This document shows positions 25,758 through 35,023 of a DNA stretch of 64,000 nt, piece after piece. Source of the DNA: Escherichia phage vB_EcoM-LTH02. The translations under genes and the position numbers were made by a program. The notes below the pieces were generated by a model. It worked only from the letters and a program-made list of their open reading frames with translations, ran no database searches and had not been told where the DNA came from. Positions within the stretch are counted from its first letter, which is position 1, and every line of letters begins with the position of its first letter. The stretch lies in the sequence record PP430346, one strand, 5' to 3'.

Positions 25758-26198
25758 TTAGAAAGGCTTTCTACGTTGCTTGTTAATGTTAGCTTTCATA
25801 GCAGCTAAGTGGTTTTGCTGTTCAATTAGTCGTGAACGTTCTTGGTGGCTAAGTGCCATAGTGTTCACATTCTCAATCGCTTGAGTGGCTTGCTTTAAAG
25901 CACGACCAATCTTACCAGACATTTTACGTTTTGCAATAGTTGCTTGATGTTTAGGTTCAACCACACGATAACCAACACCCATTGAAGCAACCAGATAAAT
26001 CTTCTCTTCTTTAAGAAGTTTTTCAATGAACTTCTCAAGCCGGTTTAGACGTGTAAGCGCATAAGCCTTCATCTCATCTTCGTACTTAACAATGTCGCCT
26101 TGATAAGTTGGCTTCACAATACCTAAGAAGGTATCCATCTCAGAGTGTGATACAGTGTCACCGTAACTAAACTTTGCTGCTAATGCTTTTGTATTCAT
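25758..26198 (-). CDS. Hypothetical protein (cassette gene 2)
   Basis: 146-aa ORF; ATG at 26198; flanked by structured non-coding islands. Confidence 0.45.
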   Translation of the reverse strand: MNTKALAAKFSYGDTVSHSEMDTFLGIVKPTYQGDIVKYEDEMKAYALTRLNRLEKFIEKLLKEEKIYLVASMGVGYRVVEPKHQATIAKRKMSGKIGRALKQATQAIENVNTMALSHQERSRLIEQQNHLAAMKANINKQRRKPF

Positions 26199-26200
26199 AA

Positions 26201-26806
<606 letters not shown>

Positions 26807-26862
26807 TTAGTTGATTGTTAAGTTGTTTGTAAAGAACCCTCAACAGAAGACTCTTTAGAAAC

Positions 26863-26909
26863 TTGGCAGATTTTTTTATAAGGCTACTGCCATCCTTCCA
26901 TACATTACC
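26863..26909. repeat. Conserved 47-bp block X, copy 2
   Basis: Identical by eye to 25328-25374. Confidence 0.7.
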
Positions 26910-26967
26910 AAACAGTACTGTGCCACAACACACCATACCCAACCCCACCTAACTCTACCACACCTCA

Positions 26968-27037
26968 TTAAAAGACCTTGTTTAAAGACCTTTTAAAAAG
27001 GTAAGTCTCATTTTAATGTAGCTGAGACTAACTACCC
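26968..27037 (-). terminator. Conserved module Y copy 2: minus-strand terminator downstream of DNA ligase
   Basis: Same hairpin (stem AGTCTCA/TGAGACT, loop TTTTAATGTAGC) and leader as 25423-25492. Confidence 0.5.
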
Positions 27038-27143
27038 TTACCAGACCTAGCCTTGCCTTACCATACCGTACTTTACCTTACCGTACCGTACTTTACCCTA
27101 CCGTACCGGACAATACTTAACCCGACCTCGCCCTACCGGACAT
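27027..27143. repeat. G-poor TACC/CCG-rich tract (island 2) including a 20-bp tandem direct repeat at 27066-27105
   Basis: CCGTACTTTACCTTACCGTA followed by CCGTACTTTACCCTACCGTA (1 mismatch). Confidence 0.6.
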
Positions 27144-27180
27144 CACTTAAAAACCCTCTTAGAAAGACTCTTAAGTGATG
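27144..27180. repeat. Conserved block Z copy 2
   Basis: CACTTAAAAACCCTCTTAGAAAGACTCTTAAGTGATG followed by hairpin GGTGAGTAC...GTATACTCACC. Confidence 0.55.
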
Positions 27181-27245
27181 CTGGTGAGTACCCGTTGGTT
27201 TATGCTGCTCAGTATACTCACCAAATTTTCTATGTCAACAACTTT

Positions 27246-28346
27246 TTATTCGTAGTCTCGAATAACTAACCCAACAGGGAACTGTAAAGAACCTTTACGA
27301 GTCATCTTCTGGAACTGAACCGTCAAAGGTTTCCCGATAAACTCTTCAGGATGTTCAGCAAGATACTGTTTCTTCTCATGAGTAGTCTTCCATGAGACAT
27401 CCACAAAGACGTTAGGAAGAGTCTCTACAACAAACTTGCCATGACCACGCTTATCAGTCTTTACACCAGTCACTTTAAACTCTTCAGTGTGCATCTTCTT
27501 GTGCTTAATCAAGAAGTATGAACGGTGACAACACTCATAGAAGGAGTCTTCAGAGATTGAACGGTACATTGCACCTTCAAACTTAGCTTCAACCCACTTA
27601 TCATGAGCTTCATCAAACTCTTCCCAAGAATTTACACGACGAGACTTAACAGGGACAACTTTGCAGCCATCTCTAAAGTCATTCAATGGTGAAGTCTCAA
27701 TAATATCTCTACGCTCAGGCCACGTTTTAGTACTGTCACAGATATCATACCAGTAGAACTGGAGTAGATGTCGGTCTGGATTGTCAGCATTCTTAATCAT
27801 AGACACAATATCTTCTAAGTCCCAACCATGAGCATAAATCTCACCATCAAAATCTTCGACCTGTGGATGCAATTTAAGCAACAAAAGTAAATCTGGGATT
27901 AGTTCTGCTGGGACGTTGTAAACAGTATTCTCACGAGAATAAGCCGTGAAGCTAACTGAATCAGCATCCCTTGAAATTCTACAACGGACACCATCAAGTT
28001 TTGGTTGAGCATCAGCAGGGAACTTCAAATACTTTGCATGACTAACCTTTGCAGCATCATGAGCAAGCTGTACACCTACCTTTTCAGTGTTCTGTGCAGA
28101 CTCTTTTGTGTAAGCATAACCTTTACGGTCAACTTGCTTTTTATACTTAGCAGCAACTTCAAAGAGAGCTTGCTGTTCAGCATTACGCCCATTCTTTTTA
28201 CCGATGTTCTTCGGTTCTGCTGTATACTCTTCAAACATCATCTTGCCATTTTCTTTACCGTAGGTTGTAATAACTTTGTCACCTACAGCAACGCATGACC
28301 AGACGTTAAAAGAGCCGTCTTTATTTTGTTTGTACAGTATTGTCAT
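27246..28346 (-). CDS. ATP-dependent DNA ligase (T7-like); ATG at 28346 preferred over 28382
   Basis: Adenylation motif KLDGVR (PKLDGVRCRI); GAGGA RBS 6 nt upstream of the ATG at 28346, which also removes overlap with the upstream ORF. Confidence 0.75.
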   Translation of the reverse strand: MTILYKQNKDGSFNVWSCVAVGDKVITTYGKENGKMMFEEYTAEPKNIGKKNGRNAEQQALFEVAAKYKKQVDRKGYAYTKESAQNTEKVGVQLAHDAAKVSHAKYLKFPADAQPKLDGVRCRISRDADSVSFTAYSRENTVYNVPAELIPDLLLLLKLHPQVEDFDGEIYAHGWDLEDIVSMIKNADNPDRHLLQFYWYDICDSTKTWPERRDIIETSPLNDFRDGCKVVPVKSRRVNSWEEFDEAHDKWVEAKFEGAMYRSISEDSFYECCHRSYFLIKHKKMHTEEFKVTGVKTDKRGHGKFVVETLPNVFVDVSWKTTHEKKQYLAEHPEEFIGKPLTVQFQKMTRKGSLQFPVGLVIRDYE

Positions 28347-28347
28347 T

Positions 28348-28539
28348 TTATTCCTCTGAGTGATACCAAGTATTGCAAGCATTACATGCGTAAAGCTCTA
28401 AGTCATTTTTATCTGGTTTATGAAAACAGTTTGCTCCGCAGTGGCAACGAAACGGCTTTCCACCAACTGTCAGGATGAAGGATTGAACCTTTCCATCAGG
28501 AGTCCGTACAGCATTTTTATGCTTGTCTTCTTTATTCAT
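28348..28539 (-). CDS. Small zinc-finger protein
   Basis: 63 aa with CHCGANC...CNAC cysteine/histidine cluster. Confidence 0.35.
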   Translation of the reverse strand: MNKEDKHKNAVRTPDGKVQSFILTVGGKPFRCHCGANCFHKPDKNDLELYACNACNTWYHSEE

Positions 28540-28695
28540 TTGTGATATTGCCTTTGTCAGATTTCATATAGGACATGTTACTATGCCTTTTAATAAAATG
28601 TACAACGCATTTTGGTGTATCTTTTGTGTCTTTGATGTGCAATCTATCGAAACTGTGTACTGTGAAGGTTGCATCTGTCATTGTTTGCTTAGGTT

Positions 28696-29001
28696 TCATT
28701 TTCTCTTACCACCAATCTCTACGTCAATAACTTGAACATCACCAGCAACATCAAACTTATGAATGATGCTTTCCACAGTGTAAGTCCAACCCTCGATTCG
28801 AACCAACTCACCTTCTCGTGGGACGATTGGGTTACGTTGGGCTACCGTTGTAGTGGAGTGAACAGTATCATAACAGTAGATATAGTTTACTAGAACTTCC
28901 ATCTTGAACACCTCACTCAATAACAGTAGTGTGTGATTGACCATTTTTACCATAGCTATAAGATGTTGTTGTTTGAGAGTTTGGACATCTGACAACAACA
29001 A
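28696..29001 (-). CDS. Hypothetical protein (start uncertain)
   Basis: ORF on minus strand; internal Met may be the true start. Confidence 0.3.
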   Translation of the reverse strand: MLLSDVQTLKQQHLIAMVKMVNHTLLLLSEVFKMEVLVNYIYCYDTVHSTTTVAQRNPIVPREGELVRIEGWTYTVESIIHKFDVAGDVQVIDVEIGGKRK

Positions 29002-29173
29002 TGTCTCTGCTTATGGCATCACCATGTAACTTATAGACTTTGCAATCTTGCATCTCTGGTGGGAGGCTATAAGAAGCGTTTTTGTCCTCGTAAGAGGGAT
29101 TACAGCCAGATAGAAAGATAACACTAAGCACAATTACTGCTTTCCACATAATACTTCTCCTGTTACTGTTCAC
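28913..29173 (-). CDS. Lipoprotein
   Basis: Signal peptide plus lipobox: MWKAVIVLSVIFLSGC (L-S-G-C). Confidence 0.45.
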   Translation of the reverse strand: MNSNRRSIMWKAVIVLSVIFLSGCNPSYEDKNASYSLPPEMQDCKVYKLHGDAISRDIVVVRCPNSQTTTSYSYGKNGQSHTTVIE

Positions 29174-29318
29174 GATGTTCTACTTCTCTGTACGTTCGTC
29201 GATAGTTTATAATAAGCTGTGCTAACTCGTTGCTTTTAACATCTGAACGTAGGAGTTGCCAATCAAAACCTTTACCGACTCTTCCATATAAACTAAAGAA
29301 TTTTAGTTTGCGTTTCAT
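29163..29318 (-). CDS. Small ORF (51 aa) not in the supplied track
   Basis: ATG at 29318 preceded by GGAGA; MKRKLKFFSLYGRVGKGFDWQLLRSDV...; below the track length cutoff. Confidence 0.3.
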   Translation of the reverse strand: MKRKLKFFSLYGRVGKGFDWQLLRSDVKSNELAQLIINYRRTYREVEHREQ

Positions 29319-29335
29319 TTTGGTATCTCCAATAC

Positions 29336-29563
29336 TCAGATGTCAATGCTAATACGTTCACCCTTAAGGACTCCTGTACGGTCCCTTGCAATCTTACCGT
29401 CAACAATAAGGATATGTGCAGACCTTAAAGATTCGCCATTAAAAGCTTTTACGAACTTACAAGGCATTACCACAATAGACATCTCCTGAATCAACTCTGG
29501 AGTATAGCAATTGTCGTGAAGTTGCTGAATAACGTCTGCAAGTGTCATTTTTGATGTCTCCAA
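29336..29563 (-). CDS. Hypothetical small protein
   Basis: 75-aa ORF upstream of 29163-29318 on the same strand. Confidence 0.35.
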   Translation of the reverse strand: METSKMTLADVIQQLHDNCYTPELIQEMSIVVMPCKFVKAFNGESLRSAHILIVDGKIARDRTGVLKGERISIDI

Positions 29564-29754
29564 TATTCAATGTCAATAAGTTCTTGTGCAATGCTTTTCA
29601 GATTGCCTTTCAAGAAAACCTTCTCAGAACCTGAAAGAGATGAATTGTCAATTAGCCTGTTCATTCTCTCAAACAACTTCTGCTTACGATTCTTGATAGT
29701 CTCCTTTGAAGCACCTTTCATCATCGCTGCATGGGTTCTTCCACGGTGGCTCAT
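29545..29754 (-). CDS. Hypothetical small basic protein
   Basis: 69-aa ORF overlapping the next gene start. Confidence 0.35.
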   Translation of the reverse strand: MSHRGRTHAAMMKGASKETIKNRKQKLFERMNRLIDNSSLSGSEKVFLKGNLKSIAQELIDIEYWRHQK

Positions 29755-29815
29755 AAGCCCTCCTATATAAGATATTGTATAAGGTACTCTTCCATGAGCA
29801 CCTTGTCAATACTAA

Positions 29816-32515
29816 TTAGTGTACCTCAAGCCAGCTTTTACCAACCTTACCAGTACCTGTAACAAGTGTTTCTTTCTTAAGACCTAAGTTCTTAGAAGCT
29901 TGTCCATAATACCAGTCAGTAACTGCTTTCACTTCTGCCGTCATACTCTCTGGACATTCCCAACTTGTTTCATCGTGATATGCACAGAGCAAACGAGCAC
30001 CAATAGCTGGTTGACGACCATTTAACTTCATTAAACCTTCGTCAATCATACGACGACAAGCGAGGTTAATTGCCTCATTTTGAATCTGAGCCTCTGAACC
30101 CATCAAAAGATAGTTCAACAGTTTGTGTGGAGATTTACACCACAACCAAGCTCCAGCAACCTTTACAAATCCCCCTTTAGAAATTGCAGCAGTCTTACCA
30201 AACACCTCTTCAAGTGCCTTTTTAGTCGCTTTGTAGTCAGCTTCCAAGTCATCTAACAGCTTCTTAATTTTAGGCAAACGAATAAAGTAAGTCTGTTTAG
30301 TCAGTGCACCTTCCTGAGTAGTTGCAGCTTTAATTGTCTTAGCAAACTTCTCATCCCCTGCACCGAACAGTAGCGCATAGATACCATTCTTAGCTTTCTT
30401 ACGACCCTTACTAATCTCATGAAGAAGATTCTCATCCTGAGTAGCTCGACAAGTCAAGATATCCTGCTCATCATTCAAGCTAAAGTAAATACTGTTCAGT
30501 GTGTGTGCATCAGTCCCTGAATAGACAACGTAAAGGTCATTCTCAGAGTCATAGCGAAGGTACTTATCAATCTCTGGATTGAGGTACTCATCAAAGTGTT
30601 TGCAATAATAGCGTCCATCTTCTTGACGAATAAACTCAATCTCTTCTTTACCTTGCGTAACCGCTTTGGTGAAGTCTTTGTCACCCATAAAGTTACAAAG
30701 AAGAACTAGCTGGGCTGAGTTCATGTCTACAGAGACAACGTTAGTACCTTCTTCACAAATCCACACTGCCCTCATTGGTTCCCCATAGACAGCAGCACCA
30801 GACGGTACGTTTACAATACCATATTGTGTCATACGTCCAGTTGAAGTACCAAATACCATTGCACCAGCACTAAGGCGACCATCAGGACGAATCTGGTTCA
30901 ACCAACCTTTTTCATCATCCTTTGAGTTCTCAATAGTTCTACGTCGGTGCATCAAAGTATAGTATCTCGCAATCTTCTGTCCAAGCTCACCTTCAATCGT
31001 ATCATAAGATGATTCAGTAAGTTTTGGTGAAGTACGGATTAAGCAAGGCTCAAGCAAATCTGTGTACTTCTTCACAGACCAGTTATGTTCAATGTACTGG
31101 ACACCTTCGTGTTCAACATAACTCAAACCACACCGCTCCACCATCTCATCCCACTTAGGATGTTTTGTAATCATCTTTTTGTTGTCTTTGAAACGACAAA
31201 CCTTAACAGGACGACCATCTGAGTCTTTCTTATAGTTCCAGTCATCTGGAATCCAACCAACTGATTTTAAGTAGTCTTTAACAACTGCTACCTGAGTCAT
31301 ACGAGAAACTTCGAACTCAATTGGTGTATAAGGTGCATCAATCAAACCTGTGTAGCGACTTGACTCAAGCTCAAAGTGATTAACAACATGGCTGTTATAG
31401 TACTTCACAGTTTTAACTGTTTTTACTGGCTTCCAGTCTTTGCATTTCTTACCAATCTTTGCATTCAACTCATTACAAATTGCACGAGCATCCTTCATTG
31501 CTACAAAACCTTCCTTGTACTCTTCACCAGTTACAGAGTTGGTTGGTGTATAGCAATTCCGCTTTTCAATGTTAAAAATCTTTGTAGTTGGCTTACCAAA
31601 TGGCTTGATTTCATATGTCTGCATCTCACCGTTACGTACCTGTTGACGATACTTTGTCTTAGGGTACTTGGTAATTCTCTTCAGCCCATCTGCATGACCG
31701 AATGCTTCAACATACTCATTCCAAGCTTTTGCAAACTCTTCTCCAGTAACTTTACCTTTGGTCTTAATAGTTGGTGGAAGGTGTGGTTCAACTTCCGAAG
31801 CAAGCTCATTAGTCAACTTGTCAAGTTCCTTTACATGGAACTCCATAAGCTCTTTATCAGCTTTCCAACCATTGATAGCCTGTTGACTCATCCAGAAAGA
31901 TGTTTCTTTAGCTCGCATGTAGGTTTCATAAGTATCTACGCCACACTTCTTTAGCTTGAGATATTCATTATCCAGTGCGCGTTTAGTTTTGGCGTTAATA
32001 CGGATATCTTCCACAACACGAGTGAAGATTTCTGCATTCCACACACCCCAATGTTCAATCTCTGGTTTACGTACACCAACACGAGCACCCCATGCAGCCA
32101 AGCCATGAGCACCTTTATAACCTTTTGGAGTTGGTCTATCCATCCACTGAACACGGGACTGGATAAGAGAATCCTGAAAGAAATTACTCCACGGCTTACA
32201 CTTTGGATTATCAAAGTTCCACAAATCAGGTGCAATGTGATTGAAAACCCACCAGTCATACCCTAGACCATTATGGATGCAAAGCCGTTTTGCCTTTAAC
32301 GCAAACTCAACACCTTCACGCAAACCACCCTTAATGTACTTGGTATACTTGTGACCGAGGATAGGCTCATCTGTAAAGACCCATACAGGTGGCTCTTCAT
32401 CGTCAGATTTATAGTCTGCGAAAGCCATTACGTGTACTTTAGTGAACTCAAGGAGTAAACCATCAGTTTCTGTATCACCAACTAAATGTAAGTTTTTAAA
32501 ATCTACGTTTTCCAT
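29816..32515 (-). CDS. DNA polymerase, family A, with 3'-5' exonuclease domain; ATG at 32515 preferred (track start 32545)
   Basis: Exo I motif DTETDGL; Pol A motif A (DMNSAQL), motif B (KGRKKAKNGIYALLFG) and motif C (YHDE); strong GAGGGAG RBS precedes the ATG at 32515. Confidence 0.85.
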   Translation of the reverse strand: MENVDFKNLHLVGDTETDGLLLEFTKVHVMAFADYKSDDEEPPVWVFTDEPILGHKYTKYIKGGLREGVEFALKAKRLCIHNGLGYDWWVFNHIAPDLWNFDNPKCKPWSNFFQDSLIQSRVQWMDRPTPKGYKGAHGLAAWGARVGVRKPEIEHWGVWNAEIFTRVVEDIRINAKTKRALDNEYLKLKKCGVDTYETYMRAKETSFWMSQQAINGWKADKELMEFHVKELDKLTNELASEVEPHLPPTIKTKGKVTGEEFAKAWNEYVEAFGHADGLKRITKYPKTKYRQQVRNGEMQTYEIKPFGKPTTKIFNIEKRNCYTPTNSVTGEEYKEGFVAMKDARAICNELNAKIGKKCKDWKPVKTVKTVKYYNSHVVNHFELESSRYTGLIDAPYTPIEFEVSRMTQVAVVKDYLKSVGWIPDDWNYKKDSDGRPVKVCRFKDNKKMITKHPKWDEMVERCGLSYVEHEGVQYIEHNWSVKKYTDLLEPCLIRTSPKLTESSYDTIEGELGQKIARYYTLMHRRRTIENSKDDEKGWLNQIRPDGRLSAGAMVFGTSTGRMTQYGIVNVPSGAAVYGEPMRAVWICEEGTNVVSVDMNSAQLVLLCNFMGDKDFTKAVTQGKEEIEFIRQEDGRYYCKHFDEYLNPEIDKYLRYDSENDLYVVYSGTDAHTLNSIYFSLNDEQDILTCRATQDENLLHEISKGRKKAKNGIYALLFGAGDEKFAKTIKAATTQEGALTKQTYFIRLPKIKKLLDDLEADYKATKKALEEVFGKTAAISKGGFVKVAGAWLWCKSPHKLLNYLLMGSEAQIQNEAINLACRRMIDEGLMKLNGRQPAIGARLLCAYHDETSWECPESMTAEVKAVTDWYYGQASKNLGLKKETLVTGTGKVGKSWLEVH

Positions 32516-32575
32516 TTTTACTCCCTCTAAAATCATTAACCTCATACATTACTGCAAAAAATTATAAAAAGCAAG

Positions 32576-32605
32576 TTGACAATGTACTTGACAAGGTGTT
32601 AATCT
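32576..32605 (+). promoter_or_regulatory. Candidate promoter in divergent intergenic region
   Basis: TTGACA (32576-32581), 18-nt spacer, TAATCT; second TTGACA at 32588. Weak -10. Confidence 0.3.
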
Positions 32606-32772
32606 TTGCGAAGTGGGTTTTTACTTAAAAGGTTACTTAACAGTTTAACTATACAGATACTTTAAAACTCTTAAAAGATTATTTAATAGCTTTTAAAAAG
32701 CTTTAAAGTATAACGTATAGAATACGTTAAGATAAGAGATTAAAACTTAATAGTTACTTAAAAGAGGCTTAC

Positions 32773-33195
32773 ATGCAGAAAATGTTTGTTCACCCAGACA
32801 TAGCTGACTTTGTTAGAGCTTTGCAGAAGTTGGAAGAACTTGACATTGCTGCTCAACGGGAATATGCTCACCATCACAGGAGAATGGTTGATATACAACA
32901 TGAAATAGAGTTGTCTGAAAACTATGAAGATGACTTAAAATGCTCTGTGTTTGAGCATATGAAAGATGTTGCTACAGCGAGACGTAAAGCTAAAGACACA
33001 GTTGCTTTACTAGATTCTCTTAAAAAGAGGTTGCAAAGTGGTACAGACCTGTGTAATCTAGCATCACTGATTAATGATGTTGAAACTTCTTGGGATAGAC
33101 ATTACTATCCACGTTCTGAAAAGACACTTGACTTTTCTTCATCCGAAAACTTAAAATGTTCTAGAAAGAAACTTAACCAACTGAGAGAGAAATAA
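32773..33195 (+). CDS. Hypothetical protein
   Basis: 140-aa ORF, first gene of the plus-strand block. Confidence 0.4.
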   Translation: MQKMFVHPDIADFVRALQKLEELDIAAQREYAHHHRRMVDIQHEIELSENYEDDLKCSVFEHMKDVATARRKAKDTVALLDSLKKRLQSGTDLCNLASLINDVETSWDRHYYPRSEKTLDFSSSENLKCSRKKLNQLREK

Positions 33196-33196
33196 T

Positions 33197-34009
33197 ATGA
33201 ACACTACTGTAGACCAGATGCTTGAAGAAAAAGGTATTGATGAAGCATTCTTAATCAATGCCGTAGAAAGCATGGCTATGATTCTTCGTGGAAACAACTA
33301 CACAGAACAGTTTATGCCTGCAAGCTATAACCTGCCTAAAGACAAGTCTGATAATGGTGCTTTTGCAGAACAGGTTAATATGATGCTGTGTGACAAAAAA
33401 CTTGCTTTAGCATCTATTGTTGTAGGTGTTGATGCTCTTGCAGAGTTCATTTTTTATGAGATGCAGAAAAATGACTATATTGCCATGACCTCTGAAGAAA
33501 AAGACTCGTTACTGCTCTTAGGTTATGATGAGCTAGTTGACCTGTTAATTTCGTCAACGAGTGCTGTTATGGCTGCTCTTGAGAAGCGCATGGAAGAGAA
33601 GTTGTCACGATATGAAAAACTTGATTGGGGTGTAGAAGAGTTAAGCCCACGAATCAAAGAGATTATCCAGCAAACCAAAGACTCTTTAGCAGAAGCTGTG
33701 AAAGATGATTCTGTAGCTGATGTAGAACCACTACAGGTGAAGGTTGCTTTGATGATTCCAGCTATCTCTACGATGATGAATATCGTTGCACTAATCCAGC
33801 TTTCACAGATGATGGGTGCAAGCATTGAGTTCATTGAGAGCATGACTGGTGGTGTGAGTATGCAAGCAATCAATGATGTTTTGGTAAGCATCGGTGCTTC
33901 AATCATTGAAGAGAAGCTGCGCATTAACTTTGGTGATGATTTTGTGAAGCAAATCTCAGCTATGGCTGAAAAAGAACACTCACAGATTACCAGTGACCAA
34001 CTGCACTAA
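33197..34009 (+). CDS. Hypothetical acidic helical protein
   Basis: 270-aa ORF, 2 nt after the previous stop. Confidence 0.4.
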   Translation: MNTTVDQMLEEKGIDEAFLINAVESMAMILRGNNYTEQFMPASYNLPKDKSDNGAFAEQVNMMLCDKKLALASIVVGVDALAEFIFYEMQKNDYIAMTSEEKDSLLLLGYDELVDLLISSTSAVMAALEKRMEEKLSRYEKLDWGVEELSPRIKEIIQQTKDSLAEAVKDDSVADVEPLQVKVALMIPAISTMMNIVALIQLSQMMGASIEFIESMTGGVSMQAINDVLVSIGASIIEEKLRINFGDDFVKQISAMAEKEHSQITSDQLH

Positions 34010-34027
34010 GTCTTTATAAATCTTACA

Positions 34028-34051
34028 AGCCTCCTTAGTTGGGGGCTTTTT
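34028..34051 (+). terminator. Rho-independent terminator
   Basis: AAGCCTCC-TTAGTT-GGGGGCTT followed by TTT. Confidence 0.5.
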
Positions 34052-34070
34052 AGTAATTAAGGGAGATAAA

Positions 34071-34814
34071 ATGAGTAGTATTATCGCATTTACTGGAAAG
34101 GCACGTTCTGGAAAAGATACCTCATGCTCTATTGTTAAGAATATTCTAGAAGATGAGTATGGCTACAATGTTGCAGTAATGGCCTATGCAGACAATCTTA
34201 AGCTATCTGCATCAAAGATATTTGACTTGACGTGGAATGACCTGTACGGTGAAACTAAAGAGACTCCACAGGTTTTTGATTTATCATACTCTGAACTTAT
34301 GCCTAAAGTTACAGAAGCTATGGAGTTTACCTTCAGAGATGAACGTTACCATATGGACTTCAAGCTTATATCAGAGTTAACCGGACGATTAATCATGGAA
34401 CTTAAGAAGGTAGCTAAACCGACTCTATTGACACGTCTAGGGTTTAGTAAAAAGTATAAATTCTCGTCAAGGCAAATTCAACAGATTTGGGGTACTGAAG
34501 TTATCCGTAAAGTTATGGGTGACAAATTCTGGGCTAAAGACCTTGAAAAACGAATGGCTCGCTTCTTTGAATCTTGTTCACTTATGAATCAAGAGGGTGT
34601 TGTTTTAATCAGTGACTTAAGGTTTGACTCTGAAGCTGAGTGGCTGAGTAGATTTGCACACCAGACTATTGAAGTAAAAAGAGACAATGTGGACAAGGTT
34701 TCATCACATGTTTCAGAAAATGGAATTTCTACCAAATATGCGCGTGACATTATCCATAATAATGGTACTCTTGCAGACCTTGAAAGTAAGCTAAGAGCTA
34801 TCCTGAAAATTTAA
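34071..34814 (+). CDS. Deoxynucleoside monophosphate kinase-like P-loop kinase
   Basis: N-terminal Walker A FTGKARSGKDT closely resembles the T4 gp1 dNMP kinase start (SGVKRSGKDT); GGGAGA RBS. Confidence 0.6.
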   Translation: MSSIIAFTGKARSGKDTSCSIVKNILEDEYGYNVAVMAYADNLKLSASKIFDLTWNDLYGETKETPQVFDLSYSELMPKVTEAMEFTFRDERYHMDFKLISELTGRLIMELKKVAKPTLLTRLGFSKKYKFSSRQIQQIWGTEVIRKVMGDKFWAKDLEKRMARFFESCSLMNQEGVVLISDLRFDSEAEWLSRFAHQTIEVKRDNVDKVSSHVSENGISTKYARDIIHNNGTLADLESKLRAILKI

Positions 34815-34822
34815 AAGAGAGA

Positions 34823-35023
34823 ATGAAGATGAGAGTAAAAGATAATTTTAAGGTTATTGACCATCGTTTAGTGGAACTCTCATCTCTTTCCAATGAGGTA
34901 ATGATTGAACGTCTTAAGAGAGTTGAATCACGAAGGAAAGAGATTGCAGATGAGATTCATGAACTGGACAAGATTGAAAATGGATTGAAGGCAGAACTAC
35001 AACGAAGAGGTGCTAATGTCTAA
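34823..35023 (+). CDS. Small coiled-coil protein
   Basis: 66-aa ORF overlapping the primase-helicase start. Confidence 0.3.
   Translation: MKMRVKDNFKVIDHRLVELSSLSNEVMIERLKRVESRRKEIADEIHELDKIENGLKAELQRRGANV

Noticed and set aside
28795-28804. tRNA-like T-loop sequence (GATTCGAACC = reverse complement of GGTTCGAATC)
   Set aside because: Lies inside a coding region; flanking sequence cannot form a T-stem or acceptor stem, so no cloverleaf. No convincing tRNA was found anywhere in the window.
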